A stretch of DNA of 28,413 nt from Armatimonadota bacterium (GCA_052386995.1 JBQTJP010000156.1:1-28413); one strand, 5' to 3'. Shown: positions 1 to 6,963, numbered from the stretch's first letter. Made by a program: numbers and translations. Notes: generated by a model from the letters alone, not told the origin.

Positions 1-1
1 C

Positions 2-226
2 GTGGAGGTCACGCTCCCACCGTGCGCGCTCTGGGTTGTGCCCATTGAGGTGGTGTCGGCATCCGAGGCCGGATTCGAGCGCAGCTTCCAGGGCGCGTCG
101 CTGTGGTTTCTCTGGCCGCTGCGCCTGGATCCCGGCGGAGTCTGGGACGGGCGCATCTCGTGCGCGCTACGCGCGATGGAGCCGGCAGTGGAGCACAATG
201 GGACAGATCAGGCTGGTCGCCCTTGA
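2..226 (+). CDS. C-terminal fragment (gene starts before window) of GH57 alpha-amylase/4-alpha-glucanotransferase (DUF1926-type C-terminal domain)
   Basis: Open from window edge; LWVVPIEVVSASEAGFERSFQGASLWFLW matches the conserved C-terminal 'W..P.ETVS.SE.GFER.YQG' signature; other GH57/glycogen genes nearby. Confidence 0.75.
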   Translation: MEVTLPPCALWVVPIEVVSASEAGFERSFQGASLWFLWPLRLDPGGVWDGRISCALRAMEPAVEHNGTDQAGRP

Positions 227-251
227 TATCGATGGTACCGTAGTGCTGTGA
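198..251 (+). pseudogene. 17-codon remnant of a Cof-type HAD hydrolase (MGQIRLVALDIDGTVVL*)
   Basis: GGAG RBS at 190-193, ATG at 198 overlapping upstream gene end, HAD motif I (DxDGT) in Cof-like context 'IRLVALDIDGT', immediate TGA; no continuation seen downstream. Confidence 0.65.
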
Positions 252-268
252 GCCGGCTCTCTCGGCAC

Positions 269-298
269 TTGCTAGCGGTGCATCACTAGTGGTACACT
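269..298 (+). promoter_or_regulatory. Putative sigma70 promoter with overlapping operator for the TA operon
   Basis: TTGCTA (269-274), 18 nt, TG-extended TACACT (293-298); two GTG-N3-CAC boxes at 278-286 and 289-297; GAGGAGG RBS before ATG 323. Confidence 0.55.
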
Positions 299-322
299 TC
301 TTTTTGTCGAGGAGGATCTCTG

Positions 323-568
323 ATGCCCGCGCGTAACCCAAGGGTCAACGTCGTGCTTGAACGCCCGCTTCACGAGACCGTCCGGCGGCTCGCGCGGCGA
401 GATAGCGTCTCGGTCTCCGCGAAAGTTCGCGATCTGCTCATCGAAGCGCTCGAGGCCGAAGAGGATGCCGCCCTGGGTGCTCTGGCCGAGCGGCGCGCGC
501 GCTCGTTCGACCGTGCCCGCGCGCTCTCCCACTCCCAGGTATGGACACGGGCTCGCCGCCGCAAGTAG
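323..568 (+). CDS. Type II antitoxin, ribbon-helix-helix (CopG-like)
   Basis: 81 aa, strong RBS, N-terminal beta strand RVNVVL followed by two helices, acidic 'EALEAEEDAAL' segment and 'LSHSQVW' tail, directly upstream of RelE/ParE toxin. Confidence 0.85.
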   Translation: MPARNPRVNVVLERPLHETVRRLARRDSVSVSAKVRDLLIEALEAEEDAALGALAERRARSFDRARALSHSQVWTRARRRK

Positions 569-852
569 GTGGTTACCGCCTCGTCTATCATCCCGCAGTT
601 GCCAGCGATGATCTTCCCACGATCCCCGCTGACATCCGGCGACGGATCGCGCGAGCGATCGAGATGCGTCTTTCGGGGCAGCCGGAGCGTTACGGGAAGC
701 CGCTGAGGGGAACCCTACGTGGCTACTGGAAACTTCGAGTCGGTGACTATCGCGTAGTCTTCCGCGTCGTAGGGCGTGAAGTGTGGATCCTTGCGATCCG
801 GCACCGCCGCGACGTGTACGGGAAGGCGGCTCGCCCGCCCGGACAGCGCTGA
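541..852 (+). CDS. RelE/ParE-family type II toxin
   Basis: YRLVYHP...GKPLRGTLRGYWKLRVGDYRVVF...ILAIRHRRDVY is the RelE-superfamily pattern; only in-frame start is ATG 541 (28-nt overlap with antitoxin), start uncertain. Confidence 0.9.
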   Translation: MDTGSPPQVGGYRLVYHPAVASDDLPTIPADIRRRIARAIEMRLSGQPERYGKPLRGTLRGYWKLRVGDYRVVFRVVGREVWILAIRHRRDVYGKAARPPGQR

Positions 853-859
853 CGATTCC

Positions 860-2923
860 TCACTGCCACAACAAGCGATAGATCCCGTAGGACCCCAGCA
901 CGCGCCTCACGTACGCGCGAGTCTCGGCGATGCCGATCTTCTCGATGAAGTAGTCGGGATCGGCGTCCGAATTCGCCCACTTGCGGGCCGAGCCCGGTCC
1001 GGCGTTGTAGGCTGCCAGCGCCAGGCGCACATCGCCGCCGAACCGGTCAAGCTGGAGGCGGAGGTAGCGCGCGCCCAGCCGCAAATTGATCGCGGGGTCG
1101 CGCAGCTTTTGTGCCGTGTATGAGCGATCGCTGGTCATGGCCTGCGCTGTCGACGGCAGGACCTGCGACAATCCGACGGCGCGGGCGGGCGAGATCGCGT
1201 CGGGATCGTACCGGCTTTCCTCGCGGACGAGTGCCAGCAGCAGCAGAGGATCGATGCCGGCGGCCTGCGCCGCCGCACTGACCTCGGGCCAGAACGCCTT
1301 GGGGTAGGCGATCCGCCACATCGTCTCGTCGCGGATGCCGTTGGCCAGCGCGTCTTCGGCGAGCGCGACCGACTGACGGACCGCGCCCAGACGGCCGTAG
1401 CCTTCTGCGAGAAAGCGCACCAGGGTGAAATCCTGGCGCGCATCCAGGGCGTCTTCCGCGGATTCGACCGCGTCGGTGTCCAGTCCAAGGCGGGCGAGCT
1501 CTTCATGCGTCGGGCCGGCGCTCTCTCGCGGCCGCGCGGGCGGCGGAGGAGGAGCGAGCTCCGGAGCCGGCGCATTGAGCCGCATTCTCGCGCGCTGGCC
1601 ATAGAAGGTGAGCGGATACTCCTGCACGATCATCCGGAGCACGGCGTCTGACCCCGACGCGCCGCGGGCTTCCATCGTCTTTGAGACCCAATACCAGGCC
1701 CGCGCCACTTCGCCGCGGAACGGGGCGGTCTTTGCGGCCTCGCGATACAACACCTCGGCGTCCGCCGTGCGTCCCGCGCGCAGCGCGATCCATCCCAGCC
1801 GCCATCGGGCTTCCGCGGCATCATAAGAGGGAGGATGGGCCGCGACCGCCCGCCGATAGAATGCGGCCGCAGCCGGAAGCAGGCCGGCTTTCTCAGCCCG
1901 CAGCCCCGCGTTCAGCCAGCCGCGCGCAGCCCACACACTTGGCGAAAGACGCACCAACTTCTCTTCGGCTTCGCGCGCTTCGGCCTCGAGACCGAGCTGC
2001 CGCGCGATCGAGGCAATCGAGGCGTAGGTGTCCCTGGAATTCGCGCCCAGCGCCGCGGCACGCTGAAACGCGGCGAGCGACGCGCGCGGATCGGGTTTCG
2101 ACCACAGCCCGGCAAGCCGGTACCAGGCCTCGCCGGCCGCGGGTCCCAAGGGACGCCCGGCGAGCACGGCCATAAACTCGCCTGCCTGATCAACGTTCCT
2201 CCGGCTCACGACGCGTCTCCCTCGCCGCGTGCTGAGACCAGCGGCGTTCGTGCGGGACGACGCCGCGGAGGGGCGCAGGCGTGCGAGCGCCGTGCGCGCC
2301 GGACCTTCGGCGAGATCGCCGGGAAACGCCCAAGCGGCCAATGCGAACGCCCGCTCGGCAATCGGCCGCCGGTCGGCGGCCAGCGCGGTCTGTCCCAGCA
2401 GCAACCAGGCCTGGGAGTCGCCGGAGCGCAGTTCCACCGCGGCGCCCAACACGTCGGTTGCGGCCGCGGGGTTCTTCCGGGCCAGTTCCGCCTGGCCGAG
2501 CGCCATGAGCGCCCGCCCACGCACCCGCCCCGAGGTGCGCGCCGCGGTGTCGCGGAGGAGTCTCGCCGCCTCGTCGACGTTGCCGGCCTGAAGCAGGGCG
2601 CGCCCTTCCTCGATTGCCGCGTGCGCCTGCAGCGACGGATGACCGCCGGCGGCGCGATACGCTCCCGCCGCCTCTTGATAGTGGCCGCTGCGCGCCAGGC
2701 ACCAGCCCGCCAGGAAGGCAGCCCGCTGCGCTTCCAGGTCGTCGCCTGCGGCGAGAGCGGTCAGTCCGTCCAGCCCATCGCGGCATCTGGACTGATGGAC
2801 CTGCACGACAAGCGCATCGAGATCGGAGGGCGTTTGAGCGGGCAACCCTGAGGTGGCCAGGGCAAGGATGACGGACGAAAGAACCAGGATGTGAATGTAG
2901 GGTCGGATGCCAGCGAGAGTCAT
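860..2923 (-). CDS. Soluble lytic murein transglycosylase (Slt70-like, TPR repeats plus SLT domain)
   Basis: Signal peptide, TPR-like helical repeats, C-terminal SLT motifs REESRY, GLSQV, AAYNAGPG, ETRAYV. Confidence 0.92.
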   Translation of the reverse strand: MTLAGIRPYIHILVLSSVILALATSGLPAQTPSDLDALVVQVHQSRCRDGLDGLTALAAGDDLEAQRAAFLAGWCLARSGHYQEAAGAYRAAGGHPSLQAHAAIEEGRALLQAGNVDEAARLLRDTAARTSGRVRGRALMALGQAELARKNPAAATDVLGAAVELRSGDSQAWLLLGQTALAADRRPIAERAFALAAWAFPGDLAEGPARTALARLRPSAASSRTNAAGLSTRRGRRVVSRRNVDQAGEFMAVLAGRPLGPAAGEAWYRLAGLWSKPDPRASLAAFQRAAALGANSRDTYASIASIARQLGLEAEAREAEEKLVRLSPSVWAARGWLNAGLRAEKAGLLPAAAAFYRRAVAAHPPSYDAAEARWRLGWIALRAGRTADAEVLYREAAKTAPFRGEVARAWYWVSKTMEARGASGSDAVLRMIVQEYPLTFYGQRARMRLNAPAPELAPPPPPARPRESAGPTHEELARLGLDTDAVESAEDALDARQDFTLVRFLAEGYGRLGAVRQSVALAEDALANGIRDETMWRIAYPKAFWPEVSAAAQAAGIDPLLLLALVREESRYDPDAISPARAVGLSQVLPSTAQAMTSDRSYTAQKLRDPAINLRLGARYLRLQLDRFGGDVRLALAAYNAGPGSARKWANSDADPDYFIEKIGIAETRAYVRRVLGSYGIYRLLWQ

Positions 2924-2939
2924 TGGGACCTTACTGCGT

Positions 2940-3740
2940 TCACCTCACCCGAGGCTTGGCCGCGCGTACCGTGGCGCTGATCAGGCCAGCGGCGTGATAG
3001 TTTCTGCTCGACGTGACCTCAACCTGCTCGAATCCTGCTTGCGCGACGATCTCGAGATATTCATGCACCGGGATCGCCCCGGCTAGACACGCGGTCCATC
3101 CCTGGACCGTCTTCAATGTATCCGGGACCGGCCCCGCGCTCACGATATCCGAGACCACCAGTCGGCCGCCGGGCTTCAGGACTCGGTGGGCCTCCGCAAA
3201 GGCGGGACGCTTATCCGGCAGCAGGTTGATCACGCAGTTGCTGATGATCACGTCCGCACTTTCATCGGCAAGCGGCAGGCGTTCAATCTCTCCCAGGCGG
3301 AACTCGACATTGGCCACGCCCAGTCGCCCCGCGTTCGTCCGGGCCCGCGCGATCATCTCGGGAGTCATGTCTACCCCGATGGCCCGGCCCGTGGGCCCGA
3401 CGCGATCCGCGGCGAGGAAGACATCGAGCCCCGCGCCGCTGCCCAGATCGACAACCGTTTCGCCCGGCTGAAGCGCCGCCGCGTCGATCGGCGCGCCGCA
3501 GCCCAATGAGCCTGTCGCGATATCCTCAGGGAGCGTCTGGCCATCGGCGAACGTCACCGGAGTATCGGCGCAGCAGGCGTCTGCGTGGGCCGTGGCATCT
3601 CCGCAGCAGGAGTCGGTATGGGACGCACCGTCCGCGGGCTCGCAGCACGATGTTCCGTGCAGCGCGGCTCGCTTGTATCGTTCCCGCACGGCGGTGCGGA
3701 TCGTTTCGGCATCAAGCGTGCTCACTGGATCTGTGCTCAT
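2940..3740 (-). CDS. arsM: Arsenite S-adenosylmethionine methyltransferase
   Basis: SLGCGAP, VVDLGSGAGLD, GVDMTPEM, IISNCVINL, WTACLAGA motifs; GGAGG RBS; in operon with arsR and a GNAT. Confidence 0.9.
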   Translation of the reverse strand: MSTDPVSTLDAETIRTAVRERYKRAALHGTSCCEPADGASHTDSCCGDATAHADACCADTPVTFADGQTLPEDIATGSLGCGAPIDAAALQPGETVVDLGSGAGLDVFLAADRVGPTGRAIGVDMTPEMIARARTNAGRLGVANVEFRLGEIERLPLADESADVIISNCVINLLPDKRPAFAEAHRVLKPGGRLVVSDIVSAGPVPDTLKTVQGWTACLAGAIPVHEYLEIVAQAGFEQVEVTSSRNYHAAGLISATVRAAKPRVR

Positions 3741-3743
3741 GCG

Positions 3744-4202
3744 TCAATCCTCCTTGACCCCTGGTTGATCGACGAGATCGATGACCATCGCCGTCGCCGA
3801 CGCGCAGGTCTCTTCCTGGAACTGCGCCGACTGCTGAACCGCGGGCCTGACGTCGTCGCGACTGATCGGCCGGAAACCGTGTCGGTGGAAATAGCGTTGG
3901 GCGTCCGTGGTGAGCAGGTAGACCGCCGCGAGGTCCCGTCGCCTTGCGCGCTCGATGAGCGCGTTAGTGAGGTACCGCGCCAGTCCCCACCCCTGACGCT
4001 CTGGGGCGACGGCCACGGAGCGGAGCAGACCGGCGGTGCCGTGATCCTCGAGCGCGGCGATCGCGACCAGCACCCCGTCTTCCCGGGCGATCAGGAAGTC
4101 GGCGATGTGCCCGGCCACGTCATCGGCAGAGAGCCCGACCCTGCGCAGGAGAGTCCGAACATCGTCCAGATCTGTTGCGCGTCCGCTCTCGATCGTCAAC
4201 AT
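3744..4202 (-). CDS. arsN2: GNAT N-acetyltransferase, ArsN2-like
   Basis: GLLRSVAV..QGWGLA, VYLLTTDA..YF..HGF, SAQF...CASA..M motifs; between arsR and arsM; start reassigned to ATG 4202 (152 aa). Confidence 0.8.
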   Translation of the reverse strand: MLTIESGRATDLDDVRTLLRRVGLSADDVAGHIADFLIAREDGVLVAIAALEDHGTAGLLRSVAVAPERQGWGLARYLTNALIERARRRDLAAVYLLTTDAQRYFHRHGFRPISRDDVRPAVQQSAQFQEETCASATAMVIDLVDQPGVKED

Positions 4203-4228
4203 CGTGTGTTGGCCCCGGCGTGCCGATA

Positions 4229-4246
4229 CATCGACATTCTTCGATG
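4229..4246. promoter_or_regulatory. Putative ArsR operator (CATCGA-N6-TCGATG)
   Basis: Perfect 6-6-6 inverted repeat between arsR stop and arsN2 start; resembles the reconstructed box upstream of arsR (CATCGA-TGACTG-TCAATA). Confidence 0.65.
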
Positions 4247-4600
4247 CTAGAGAAGGTTGACCAGATCCTGTGCGACCCGCTTCAGCGTATCGCGCCGCAG
4301 GCCGTAATATGCCCACTGCCCGCGTCGCGCGACGTCGACCAGCCCTGCTTCACGCAGGAGCCTCAGGTGGTGTGAGATCGTCGACTGTTCAACCGGGAAA
4401 GCTTCATTGATGTGACAGACGCAGAGCCTGTCGTGCCTGGACAATAGCTCTACGATGCCCAAACGGATGGGATCTGCGAGGGCGGCAAGCACGTCGCCCC
4501 GGGCCCTCACGGCCCGACGGTCAACCCCCTCGATGGGCGAGGCACAACCGCACCGAGCGCGTGCGGGTGCTTTGATAATGGCGGTCTCGGGAGTGGTCAC
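4247..4600 (-). CDS. arsR: ArsR/SmtB-family metalloregulator
   Basis: ALADPIRLGIV, CVCH alpha3 metal site, QSTISHHLRLLREAGLV HTH, extra N-terminal CGC; GTG 4600 lies 7 nt after a TAGCCT -10 (leaderless start inferred); 117 aa. Confidence 0.9.
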   Translation of the reverse strand: MTTPETAIIKAPARARCGCASPIEGVDRRAVRARGDVLAALADPIRLGIVELLSRHDRLCVCHINEAFPVEQSTISHHLRLLREAGLVDVARRGQWAYYGLRRDTLKRVAQDLVNLL

Positions 4601-4607
4601 AGAGGGC

Positions 4608-4633
4608 AGGCTATCAGATCCATCGATGACTGT
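4608..4633 (-). promoter_or_regulatory. Disrupted arsR promoter: extended -10, spacer and half operator; its -35 is displaced to 6961-6966
   Basis: Minus strand TG-a-TAGCCT (-10 at 4608-4613); removing the IS and one TSD copy gives TTGACA-17 nt-TAGCCT. Confidence 0.75.
4626..4633. repeat. Left 8-bp target site duplication ATGACTGT
   Basis: Identical to 6956-6963; both abut the TIRs; 8 bp is typical for IS1595. Confidence 0.9.
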
Positions 4634-4646
4634 GGGAACTATCCCC

Positions 4647-4675
4647 TTGACGGCAGTACTGCCGTCTGGTATATT
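4647..4675 (+). promoter_or_regulatory. Inward-facing sigma70 promoter in left TIR with perfect 18-bp palindrome
   Basis: TTGACG (4647-4652), 17 nt, TG-extended TATATT (4670-4675); GACGGCAGTACTGCCGTC palindrome at 4649-4666; GTG 7 nt after -10. Confidence 0.7.
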
Positions 4676-4682
4676 GGTGACC

Positions 4683-4913
4683 GTGACAGAGCGCATCGAA
4701 CCACCGAAATTTATCGTCCCGGGTGAGTGGTACTATGGCGTAATCTGTCCACGATGTGGGCAAACAATCGTGCTGTTTCACGATACATCCAAAGGAACGG
4801 CAAGGCCATTGCCCAACGGCCTTGTCTCGAACCTGACCTGCCCGAAGTGCGGGGAGACCTCAGATTACGAGACAGGCTCACTTTTTCACTTTCAAGCACC
4901 CCGTACGGAATGA
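4683..4913 (+). CDS. Small Zn-ribbon protein (76 aa), IS passenger
   Basis: CPRC and CPKC pairs with beta-strand-like spacing; in-frame GTG at the predicted +1 of the TIR promoter. Confidence 0.65.
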   Translation: MTERIEPPKFIVPGEWYYGVICPRCGQTIVLFHDTSKGTARPLPNGLVSNLTCPKCGETSDYETGSLFHFQAPRTE

Positions 4914-4968
4914 GGAGACATTCGAAATCTCCAATGCGAAGGGTGGCCGGCTTGTAGGCTTTCAAGAT

Positions 4969-4997
4969 TTGGTCGTACTCTTTCTGGTCCATAAGAT
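4969..4997 (+). promoter_or_regulatory. Possible transposase promoter
   Basis: TTGGTC-17 nt-TAAGAT ending 28 nt before ATG 5026. Confidence 0.35.
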
Positions 4998-5025
4998 CAT
5001 ACCTCTTCAGCGAGTGTGGTAGGCA

Positions 5026-5961
5026 ATGGCTAAGGTCAACCGAAATGCTCCGGCGCGGTCGAAGGCATCGGAATCACGCTACGCCCTCTTTGAATTTGAG
5101 CGTGACTTCCCCAATGATGCGGCCTGCTTGGACTACCTCGTCCAGAAATTGTACCCGAATGGCATTTACTGCCCGACGTGCAAGCGGGTGACGAAGCACC
5201 ATCGAGATAACGGGCGACCATCCTACTCCTGCCAGTTTTGCGGGCACCACGAACACCCGATGGCGGAAACTATCTTCCAGGACTCCGCCACGTCCTTGCG
5301 CCTGTGGTTCTACGCGATCTATCTCATGTCCAGCACTCGATGCGGTATCTCCGCGAAACAGTTGGAACGTGAGCTGGGTGTCACCTACAAGACCGCGTGG
5401 CGGATGTTCAATAAGATTCGGTCGCTGATGACACAGGATGGAGAGCCGCCCTTTGGAGGCGCGGTCGAAGTAGACGAGACCTACATTGGAGGGCGACGGC
5501 GGTACGGGTCTCGGCAGGAAGCCGCCCGAGGCTGGAGTCAACATAAGCAAGTGGTCGCCGGTCACGCACAGCGACGGGGAAAGGTCCGCGCCGTGCATCT
5601 GCCCGAGGGAACCGCGAAAACCTTGGTCCCCTTGGTCAGAAAATACATTCTCCCGGCGTCTATCATCTACACTGACGAATTGCCCGCGTACACTGGACTG
5701 AAGAAAGCCGGGTACGACCATAAGCGCGTCCATCACGCCGCGAAAGTGTATGTGCGTGGGACTGCACACACGAATACGATTGACGGATTCTGGGCACTGC
5801 TGAAGCACGGCCTGCGGGGCGTCTATCACGGTGTGTCTGCCAAGTATCTGCAAGCCTACTTGGATGAGTACGCCTTCCGGTACAACAACAGTTGGGACCG
5901 GCGCGGGATGTTCAATGCGATATTGTCCCGCGTCCAGAAGGCTTCTCCGCCTTCTTCCTGA
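5026..5961 (+). CDS. IS1595-family (ISXO2-like) transposase
   Basis: N-terminal Zn ribbon CPTC..CQFC, HTH 'ISAKQLERELGVTYKTAWRM', catalytic VEVDETY, IYTDE, HTNTIDGFW, and YLDEYAFRYN. Confidence 0.96.
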   Translation: MAKVNRNAPARSKASESRYALFEFERDFPNDAACLDYLVQKLYPNGIYCPTCKRVTKHHRDNGRPSYSCQFCGHHEHPMAETIFQDSATSLRLWFYAIYLMSSTRCGISAKQLERELGVTYKTAWRMFNKIRSLMTQDGEPPFGGAVEVDETYIGGRRRYGSRQEAARGWSQHKQVVAGHAQRRGKVRAVHLPEGTAKTLVPLVRKYILPASIIYTDELPAYTGLKKAGYDHKRVHHAAKVYVRGTAHTNTIDGFWALLKHGLRGVYHGVSAKYLQAYLDEYAFRYNNSWDRRGMFNAILSRVQKASPPSS

Positions 5962-6076
5962 TGGTCCGATCCAATTCTTCAAAGAACCGACCGCGCTCAG
6001 GGACTGGGATCTCCAGTCCCCTACGCGTTTTCTGGCGCGGCTCCCGAGTCTCCGTGCGTTTACGCCTCTTCGCCAT
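5912..6076 (-). CDS. 54-aa basic protein convergent on the transposase (MAKRRKRTETREPRQKTRRGLEIPVPERGRFFEELDRTIRKKAEKPSGRGTISH)
   Basis: Below ORF-track cutoff; GGAG RBS 5 nt before ATG 6076, TAGAAT just upstream; overlaps last 50 nt of transposase. Confidence 0.6.
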   Translation of the reverse strand: MAKRRKRTETREPRQKTRRGLEIPVPERGRFFEELDRTIRKKAEKPSGRGTISH

Positions 6077-6097
6077 AACTTCTCCATTCTAGCCAAC

Positions 6098-6883
6098 ATG
6101 CCCCCGCCCCTTGCCGATGCTTGGGCAAAGTTCTATCGGGCATATACGCATACCCAAACCCTGGAGAGTGACATTAGCATTTGGGTCAAGCGACAAGGAA
6201 ACGTTCCCCCATACCGCAGAGAATTCAAGTTTCGCCCTAATGAAGGGCGCTTCGTCTGGAAAGTCATCGACGTGCCCGAATTGCCAGTCGGATGGGGGGT
6301 AATCGCAGGGGACGCATTGACCAACTTCCGCGCCGCCCTGGACTATGTCGCTTGGCAACTTGTGAAAGCCGGTACCACCCCAACCCCCCCTCATCCCGAA
6401 CGAATTTACTTCCCCATCCATGAGACCGAGGCCGGGTTCGACGGGAACGTGAACCAGCGTCTCCCTGGAGTGGACACTCAACTCCGGGCGTATGTCGAGT
6501 ATTACCAGCCGTACCGACAGAGGCCCAACGACCCCGCTTCCGACCCGCTCGCCATCTTGGCCGATCTCTCTCGTCGAGACAAGCACCGTCAACTCCAACT
6601 TGCCTTTCCCGGGAACATGCAGTTCAACGCAACGCCGACAAGAGTTGAGCACTTCAATCTCAGCAGAATTGAACTGCCCCAGGTTAGTGGAGTGGTGCAA
6701 GTTGGCTCGGAATTGGTATACGTCTACGGCACCCTCATCCCGAACCAGGAACCCAATGTCGAATTGAGCCTCACAGCGACCGTTTCGATAGCCTTCGAGG
6801 AGGGCCATTGGGCTAAGGAAACGCTCCAAGCCATTACGTCTCACGTCCATGCTGTGCTCACCACGTTTGAGATGGTTCTTTGA
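6098..6883 (+). CDS. Hypothetical protein, 261 aa, HEPN-like helical fold suspected; IS passenger
   Basis: Motifs GDALTNFRAALDYVAWQLV, IYFPI, QPY, LAILADLSRRDKHR; start set to ATG 6098 because the upstream extension overlaps the transposase. Confidence 0.75.
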   Translation: MPPPLADAWAKFYRAYTHTQTLESDISIWVKRQGNVPPYRREFKFRPNEGRFVWKVIDVPELPVGWGVIAGDALTNFRAALDYVAWQLVKAGTTPTPPHPERIYFPIHETEAGFDGNVNQRLPGVDTQLRAYVEYYQPYRQRPNDPASDPLAILADLSRRDKHRQLQLAFPGNMQFNATPTRVEHFNLSRIELPQVSGVVQVGSELVYVYGTLIPNQEPNVELSLTATVSIAFEEGHWAKETLQAITSHVHAVLTTFEMVL

Positions 6884-6955
6884 GCCTGAAGGATTACATC
6901 GAAGTGCGTCGATATGGTTCATTTAGCGAGTACAGCCGTCAATGGGATAATTCCG

Positions 6956-6963
6956 ATGACTGT
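6956..6963. repeat. Right 8-bp target site duplication ATGACTGT
   Basis: Identical to 4626-4633. Confidence 0.9.

Larger units (their letters stand above)
4634..6955 (+). mobile_element. IS1595-family transporter IS (2322 bp) with passenger ORFs; ends resemble ISNha5/ISNwi1-type groups
   Basis: TIRs GGGAACTATCCCCTTGACGGCAGTACT (4634-4660) and reverse complement of 6929-6955 CGGAATTATCCCATTGACGGCTGTACT, 23/27 identical; 8-bp TSD; internal transposase; visibly lower GC than flanks. Confidence 0.92.

Noticed and set aside
4624..4633. 10-bp TSD CGATGACTGT
   Set aside because: Extra CG on the right side belongs to the TIR end; 8 bp fits TIR symmetry and the family norm
4647..4675. MerR-type promoter reading of the palindrome between -35 and -10
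   Set aside because: Spacer is 17 nt rather than 19-20, no MerR gene in the window, and the palindrome derives from the IS end
4601..4696. N-terminal extension of arsR in the ORF track
   Set aside because: Crosses the promoter, TSD and TIR; fortuitous open frame
4711..4992. 93-aa minus-strand ORF MDQKEYDQILKAYK with GAGGT upstream
   Set aside because: Overlaps the better-supported Zn-ribbon ORF by about 200 nt and has no recognisable motif; its first 30 codons could be a remnant but cannot be supported
5831..6097. N-terminal extension of the cargo ORF to 350 aa or a transposase frameshift fusion
   Set aside because: Overlaps the transposase and the antisense small ORF, low-quality sequence, no slippery site seen
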